From: Octopus vulgaris
Taxonomy: Eukaryota
Direction: 5' to 3'
DNA: 64,000 nucleotides
NCBI GenBank assembly: GCA_951406725.2
Contig: OX597816.1
Span: 67,146,001-67,210,000 of the forward strand
In this document: positions 56,414 through 64,000 of the stretch, piece after piece
Layout of the letters: every line of letters begins with the position of its first letter
Position numbering within the stretch: the stretch's first letter is position 1
Notes under the pieces: generated by a model
What the model was told of the DNA's origin: nothing
The model's database searches: none
The model's input: only the letters and a program-made list of their open reading frames with translations
Program-made: the position numbers and the translations under genes

Positions 56414-59400
56414 CCCCAGTCTCTTCCTTTTGGACCTCTTCAACATCTAGCTTACACAATCTATTCGGCTATTATTGGCTGGATTGTTCATCACACTTTT
56501 GCTGAGAGTGAGAGAGAGAGAAAGAGTTGTCTTGATCATTATCATCATTTTACTGGAAACAAATGAGTGATTGTCTAATGAAGTATATGGAAGTCAACAT
56601 TTTATAAAAAGCTGGTTGTTATTCTTAAAATTGGACTATTAATGCTGGTTGTTTCCTTTTAAATTATTGCAGTACAGTCATATACTGATTTTTGAAATTA
56701 TCAGCACAGACTGTACATAAAGTTTCTTCCAATCAATATAGGTCTCAGCAGTGATACTCTGCTTTCCATTGTTTTACTATTATAATTAAGGTGGTGGAGT
56801 GGTAGAAGCGTTAGAGCATTGGACAAATGTCTTATGGTATTTAGTTACAACCCTTTACATTCTGTGTTCAAATCCCACCTAAGTCAACTTTACCTTTCAT
56901 CTTTCTGAGGTCAATTAAATATAATACCAGTGCAATACTTGGATCAATATAATTGACTAGCTTCTCCTTTAAGTTTGAGGCCTTGTGCAAAATGATTATT
57001 TATTAGACACTTGGGCCAAGACCTACAAGATTTCATTGAAAACCATCTTAGACCAATATAACAGTAGATGGTTATGCTTGTTACATATTTTGTTAATACA
57101 CCCCTTCCCTATCTTTTTTTATTTATACATTTTGGTGACTGCTCCGGACTTGTGTACTTATTTCCTGACATTATGTACTGTTTAGTATAACTAATTATTC
57201 AAGTTCTGTAATTTGTTGACATTAATATAGTTACAAAGAATTTGTTTTATTAATGGATTTTCTTTTCCATCTAACACCTTCATAAAACATGAAGCTGAAC
57301 AGAACATTTCTATATTATATAATAGTTTAGGCAGGATATTTCTATACATAAAAATTTAGACTGGGACACTTCTATATGTATAATGTAACTGTTGAGACTG
57401 GACATTACTATCTGTATAAAATAAGTATTTAGACTGGATATCTTTATCTGTATAATGTAACAATTCAGACTCTTCACCACTTCAGTTGGATTTTCTTACC
57501 TTTGTTGACTGTTAACTAAATGTCACCATTTTGTGTTCTCCTCCTAACTGTGATAAGCATACAAGAAATCAAAACAAGACATTGTAATATTGTAAATAAT
57601 TATAAAACTTCAGTGACGTGAGGTAAACTTTTCTTGTTGTTTTGAGGCTTAAGCAGACAAAGCTAGACTGTACCTTCTCTATTCCTTTGAGGCTTTTTCA
57701 TTGCTCAATACTTATCGTTTACTTATATAGTGAAGAAATAATATATGTATGTGTATATATTATGAATATATAATATATACATTTGTGCATGTGAAAAATT
57801 TTTATGCCCTGTTACTTTAAGAGAATAGCTTTTACATAAGCCAAAAGAAAGAAAGCTATGAAGCATTTCACAGCTTTTCTAAATCAACAACAAAGATTCA
57901 GACAGACCAGTGTCTTCAATTAAAGTGCTGTATTTCTTATGCTGTAACTGTTCAAATTGGCAATGGTTGTTAACTCTTTGAAATGCTAATTTTAATTTAT
58001 TCTCTTTTTGTTGATGTTGAAATTTTTAGAAAATTTCAACTCTACACTTCATATTATTATATAAAAAAAGATTATTAATTTAATATTCCAAATTTTAGAT
58101 CTGATGGCTCTACTTTCATAACACTTCCATTATCAACCTGTTCAAAAATTTGGTAACTGACTACCATCTTATTGTATTTTACAATATTTGATATTCTTAA
58201 TAGAAAACAAAAAATAAACATTTTATATTTCATTCCATTCTCAGCAAATAAATTGCTGTGTAAAAACAAACAAAAAAAGACAATATTAAAATATTTTTTT
58301 ACTCAAAAGCATTTTTGTTTTTCCTTGGCTTCTATTATTTTTCTCATCAAATACAAGCTACAATTCTTTTTTATATCTTGTTTTGTTACTCACCTGTCAC
58401 ACTTGGCTGCATCTGGTTTCATTCCTCATATCATCATCATTGCTTTAATGTTCACTTTTCCAAGCATTGGTCAGACAGAATTGGTTGAGGTGGATTTTCT
58501 ACGACCAGACATGTCTTCATGGAAAATTGCAAATGAAGAACACTACTTACACAACATAATTAGCTACATTCAGTTTCCATCAACCAAATCTCCTTACAAG
58601 GAATTAGCCCAGGACTATAAAAGACACTTTACCAAAGTGCCACAGTGGGACTGAGAGCACAACCATGTGGTTGGGAAGCAAACTTACCACACAACCAAAT
58701 ATGTTTGTAAAGTATTAACATAAGACTCCCAAGATTTAAAAAGGAAACAACAAATTTTATTTTATAACTCTTAAGTGAAATGATTTTCATTCAAAATGCA
58801 TTTGGAAAGACAAGGCAAAGAAATATATATAAATAAATATTAGTGGAATCTTAGGGAAAATGGGAAAACCTGAAACCAGTTGTAAAGAAATAGCTAGTAC
58901 AATAATAGAAAGGACTCCAATGTTGGCTGGAAGAGTTAAAACAGGAAGTATTTTGTGAAGTTTCATACAAATCAGTTCATCAATAATAGAGTATTTAGTT
59001 TTTCTATAAACCCCACAACAAATAAAATGAGGAACAATTCTATATCTATTCAAGTGATAGCACCTCTGGACAGATATTTTAAAAAATAATTTTGACAATC
59101 AAAGACTGTTGCCATGTGTGCATATCTATAGCATATATATATATATGGTTCTGGAAATCAATTGGACTCTTCATTGAAATCCAATTTGTAAATCTATCTC
59201 TTTCATTTACAACATAGTAAATTTTTTCAATCATTCTTACAATTGTTTTCATGACAAATGATAAAAATAAGGTGTGTGTATTTATGGTTACTTAAGTAAA
59301 AAGAAATATGCGATATTTTTTAAAGAAATGTATTTCATTTTTTAAAATACTTTCAATAATACTAGTATTTAAATTCAGAAACCAAGAGAATTGTACACAG

Positions 59401-62400
59401 ATACTGTGAGTTCCTTCTTGACAAAATTTCGAAAAAAAAAATATTATTTTATGAGATTGAGTGCTTAACTGATAATACTCTAAATTATTTCACAGACATC
59501 ACTTGATTATGTGTCCTGCTTTTATATTCCCCAAATACCTATTTGGCTCTGTTTTCACATTGGAAGTAAGTGTTCATCACGCTCATCTTCATCTTCAAGC
59601 TGGTCATCACCAATTCCTTTATAAGTTTTCTGTTGAGTTGAACTTCCAGATCGACAAGTTAAGTTACAGCCATCCTAGAAGAAAGGCAAGAAAAACGATC
59701 ATTAAATTGAGACAATATAAAGAAACAAAGTGTCTTTTGTGAATATTAAGGCATTCATCTGTTTCATAAGTCTACAAAGTTATTTACTGGAGATAATATT
59801 TTAGGGTGAAACCCACACCTACCACACTGGTATAATCCATAGAGATAGAAAATATCACCAATACAATTGGCACCTGTGCTGCTACAATAATTGCCAGAAC
59901 AATACATGGAGTGCAGCTCCACATTCAATCTTAGGCTTCTTACACTGAGTTTTCTCAAGTTATTAGATCCAACAGTAGGATCATCTCAGACCAGAGTTTC
60001 ACTATTGTCTTAGTATGAAAACTGGAAGAGTTGATCTTAGCGTGCTGTGCTAATGAATTACATTGCTTAACAATCTTACAATGCAGCTACTATTTACAGT
60101 GATGAGTTGATCTTATAGTGTGGTACCTATTTTTAGTTAGGTGTACTCAAGCCATTTCAGAATTAGCTAAGACACACAACAATGCAGTGAAAGGATACAT
60201 ACAGCTAACCCCTTGGTCCACTATCAAGTATACTATCAACTTGGTCATCCATTCTGAAATAACAATTCATAATGACTTTTCTTACATCGTAAGCTAGTGT
60301 ATGTTATTCCACAAAACTTCACCCACGTTAACAACTTCAAATTTCATCAAAGTATATGACACTATACATCATGAACATTTTCTGGAAACCACTACTCTGT
60401 CCAACTCTAATCATTTGGATAACAAATTTTTTATTCCTGCCATTTTTAATTCTCAACAGCTCAAGATACACTCTTTGATAAATGTCTGTGTATACATGTA
60501 ATCCGCTCTCTTGCTCACTCCTCTGCTCCTTCTACTACTCCCAAAACTATTCTACTCATTGGCTGTTTGAAAGATGTCTTTTGTATAGAAATTTCACTGA
60601 ACATCTTTTTGAAGTTAATGTAGTTATAAATTTTGTAGTATTGAACTGTTGCACTCCACTCACACTAGCACTGCTGATGTAAAGGCCAAACCATCTGTCA
60701 GCATCAATCAGTATCCACTCCTACCCGTATCTCTTCCTCACCTCCAAACTCAAGAATTACTGTCTCTGCCTAATAGAAACAACACCAAAACTACAGTAAG
60801 GTAGCAGTCTCACCCAGCCATCTTAACACATGTTAAGCAAAATTGCTTTTGGCCTTTCATATGGACAGTGTCTCCTTTTTGGATGTGGAAAACACTTGCT
60901 GCACCACTGAACAATAGACTATATAACTGTCTACCACAAACCCTAATCCTCCCTTAAAATTATATGGTACTTCAAAACAGCTGACTGAGATGCTACCAGT
61001 TTTGGGGGAGGGGTTTTTACCAACTTACTCTGACTCATCTGAGACAGTTAAACAGGTAACTGAAACCACTGTACTTCTAACATTTCTTCACATTTTTCAT
61101 ATAACCAAAGCTCAAGATCTCTGAGTGGTTGTTCCACAGCTGTGCTGCAGAGGTACAAGCAAAGAACACTGCTTTCTTGAAGAAAGTGATTCACTGCAAG
61201 ACTGCCATCTGTGGAACAAAGAGTGCTTTGCGTACAACATAAAAGCACCCCCATCCCCTCTCTTTCTCTCCCCTACCAAACTGCAGTAGTGCCTTTTGGT
61301 CTCTTGCTATGAGGACCTCTGCTAAATTTGCAGAACCTTTCTACCTACACTCCTCAACCCAGTCAGTAGTATCCATAATGAAAAATTTTCAAATTTACTC
61401 TGCTCTCAACTAAATTCTCCTAATGCTTACAATATCACTACTATATCTACACACACACAGTAACGAAATGAGACAACCCCTCCAACTAACAACAAAATCT
61501 ACTCTAGGACTAGCTCCTATCCATAACATCCTTTAATCTCTCTCCTAGGAGTTCTACTAATCTTTAGAGACATGCCACACACTCCAAAAGAGCAACATCT
61601 CTGACCTTTATAAGCAGGATGAGATTTGGGTGCTACTGTCTTAACATATTCCTCAGTTCCCAGCACATAGGAGAAACACAAGATGGTCATGGCTGGAATA
61701 CCTTTGATCATAAGTCTGCACAGTCAGCTTTAGCCAGGGGTTAAAAAATATCGACTTTTGATCTAATGCCTCTACACCAACTACTACAATTTGTTTCCCT
61801 TGAAACAGAAAGGGATCAGCCTGCTTTATCTGCTAGAAATAGTAAATACAGATCAGTCAACCATCTTTAAAAAGAAAGGAAGGACACATTGGATAAGGAA
61901 CACTGTATGAATAAAGCAGATGCTAAGGTCACAACTGGCATACCATTAAACATAGATCTACTGAAGTGGTGCAAAACAACTATTCCACTCTCACTGATGA
62001 AACTGAATTCTCTACCAAATATTGTAGTACACATATTCTAAATCTTCTTTCCCAAAATTTACACTCCTTTCCCACAGTCTTCACTAACTCTGATGGCACC
62101 ATTCTCCTCAGTGAACACATAAAATGGTTGCAAGCCAATGAAAGCTCATTTTTTTAAAGTAACCTGCTAGAAATAGCAGTTAAATTTCCAACAAATTTTT
62201 GACAGGGAAAGTACATTAGATATATAGCTCACTGCCTAGAGAGATAAAAAAAAGATGATCATGACAGAACATAGTTAATCATAGCTCTGCACAGTTAGAG
62301 TTGGAATGGGGCAAAACAATAATGTAGAATAATAGTGAAATGAGTTTCCAGTTATTATAAGTCAGCTTAGGCAGTAAAATGGTAGAAACAGAGGTTGGTT

Positions 62401-62675
62401 CTCAATACATTCTCAGTTCAAACCTTACCAGAGTCACCTTTACCTTTCATTCCTATCACTGTCATTTTATTCGAATCAATATGGATTGATTCCAATTATT
62501 CATACATGACTCTTCTACAATTTTGCCCCTAGTAAGAAATCATTATCTTCATTTCACATCCACTTTTCCATGCTTGCATGGGTCGGGACAGAATTCATTG
62601 AGGCAGATCTTTTCAATTGAACAAGACCCCAGGCATGTTTGATGTAGAGAAGTAGAAACAAGTAACACCATTTAA

Positions 62676-62896
62676 CCCTTTAGTATTCAGATTATTCTGT
62701 CAAATGTAATGCTTATGTAATCAAATTGGTTTGAATTAATCATGCAAAAGCATCATAGCACTGAAATTTTGAGGATGTGACTGCTTATTCTTAGAATGAC
62801 ATTGTAGGATAAGTGTGCAAAGCCAGATCTGGCCGGTTTGAACATAGAACAGGTAGAATATTTGGGCCGGATATGGCCGGTTTAAATGCTAAAGGG
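62676..62896. mobile_element. TTAA-flanked (piggyBac-type) MITE
   Basis: TTAA|CCCTTTAGTATT...AATGCTAAAGGG|TTAA; partial copy at 33650-33747. Confidence 0.85.
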
Positions 62897-63079
62897 TTAA
62901 GGAGGCTTTTGTTTACAAAGATCACATAACATGAGAAAACCTGTCAGGAACCATCGGCTGTTTCCAAGTACGGTCATATGGTGGCCAGACGTTTTTTCAC
63001 AGGAGACTGGAATTGAAGAACATCACTTGCATGATGCTGATGATGTTTGTTTACAGTCATCACATCATATCAAGAAACG

Positions 63080-63609
63080 GTACACACACATACATACATA
63101 TATATACATATACACATACATACATACATACATATATATACATATACACATACATACATACATACATATATATACATATACACATACATACATACATACA
63201 TATATATACATATACACATACATACATACATATATATACATATACACATACATACATACATACATATATATACATATACACATACATACATACATATACA
63301 TATACACATACATACATACATATACATATACACATACATACATATATATACATATACACATACATACATACATATATATACATATACACATACATACATA
63401 CATATATATACATATACACATACATACATATATATACATATACACATACATACATACATATATATACATATACACATACATACATACATATATATACATA
63501 TACACATACATACATACATATATATACATATACACATACATACATACACATACATACATACATACATATACACATACATACATACACATACATACATACA
63601 TACATATAC

Positions 63610-63644
<35 letters not shown>

Positions 63645-64000
63645 TATATATACATACATATACATACATATACATACATATATATATACATACATATACA
63701 TACATATACATACATATATATATACATACATATACATACATATACATACATATATATATATATACATACATATACATACATATATATATATATACATACA
63801 TATACATACATATATATATATATACATACATATACATACATATATATATATATACATACATATACATACATATATATATATATACATACATATACATACA
63901 TATATATATATATACATACACATACATATATATATATACATACATATACATACATATATATATATATATATACATATACATACATATATATATATATACA
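63080..64000. repeat. Long compound (TA)/(TACA)/(CA) microsatellite array, running off the window end
   Basis: ~920 bp made only of TA/CA/TACA motifs, with higher-order ~26-30 bp periodicity; explains the three 290-306 aa ORFs. Confidence 0.97.

Noticed and set aside
57900-58260. Polyadenylation signals (ATTAAA/AATAAA)
   Set aside because: Such hexamers are frequent in this AT-rich DNA; the true site cannot be chosen without transcript data.
63060-63985. Three long ORFs (293-306 aa) rich in Y/M/V/C/I
   Set aside because: Translations of a TA/CA microsatellite that lacks stop codons; not genes.

Overview
AT-rich, repeat-dense eukaryotic (metazoan) genomic DNA. The SINE, RTE-LINE tail and microsatellite repertoire resembles that of an octopod cephalopod (inference from recognised repeat families, not a database match). 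One multi-exon protein-coding gene lies on the + strand: a cytosolic NAD+ kinase (NADK family). It has nine well-supported exons from 25745 to the TAA at 56411-56413, all with GT-AG boundaries and consistent phases, and motifs GGDG, NE and TPTGSTAY. Candidate short 5' exons lie at 4232-4263, 17754-17803 and 23534-23564. The introns hold several tRNA-derived SINE families, RTE and CR1-type LINE fragments, a deleted Gypsy LTR element, a Helitron helicase fragment and non-autonomous Helitrons, Tc1/mariner remnants, TTAA (piggyBac-type) MITEs and Penelope-like element (PLE) remnants. The most notable unannotated signal is a set of hammerhead-ribozyme motifs from different element families. One is a complete ~390-bp retrozyme-like insertion (14565-14951) with a 352-nt highly structured unit, a 35-nt terminal redundancy and a 12-bp target-site duplication. 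Another is a hammerhead fold with a swapped G3-C8 core pair (51305-51355). Almost all ORFs in the supplied track are spurious repeat or microsatellite translations.
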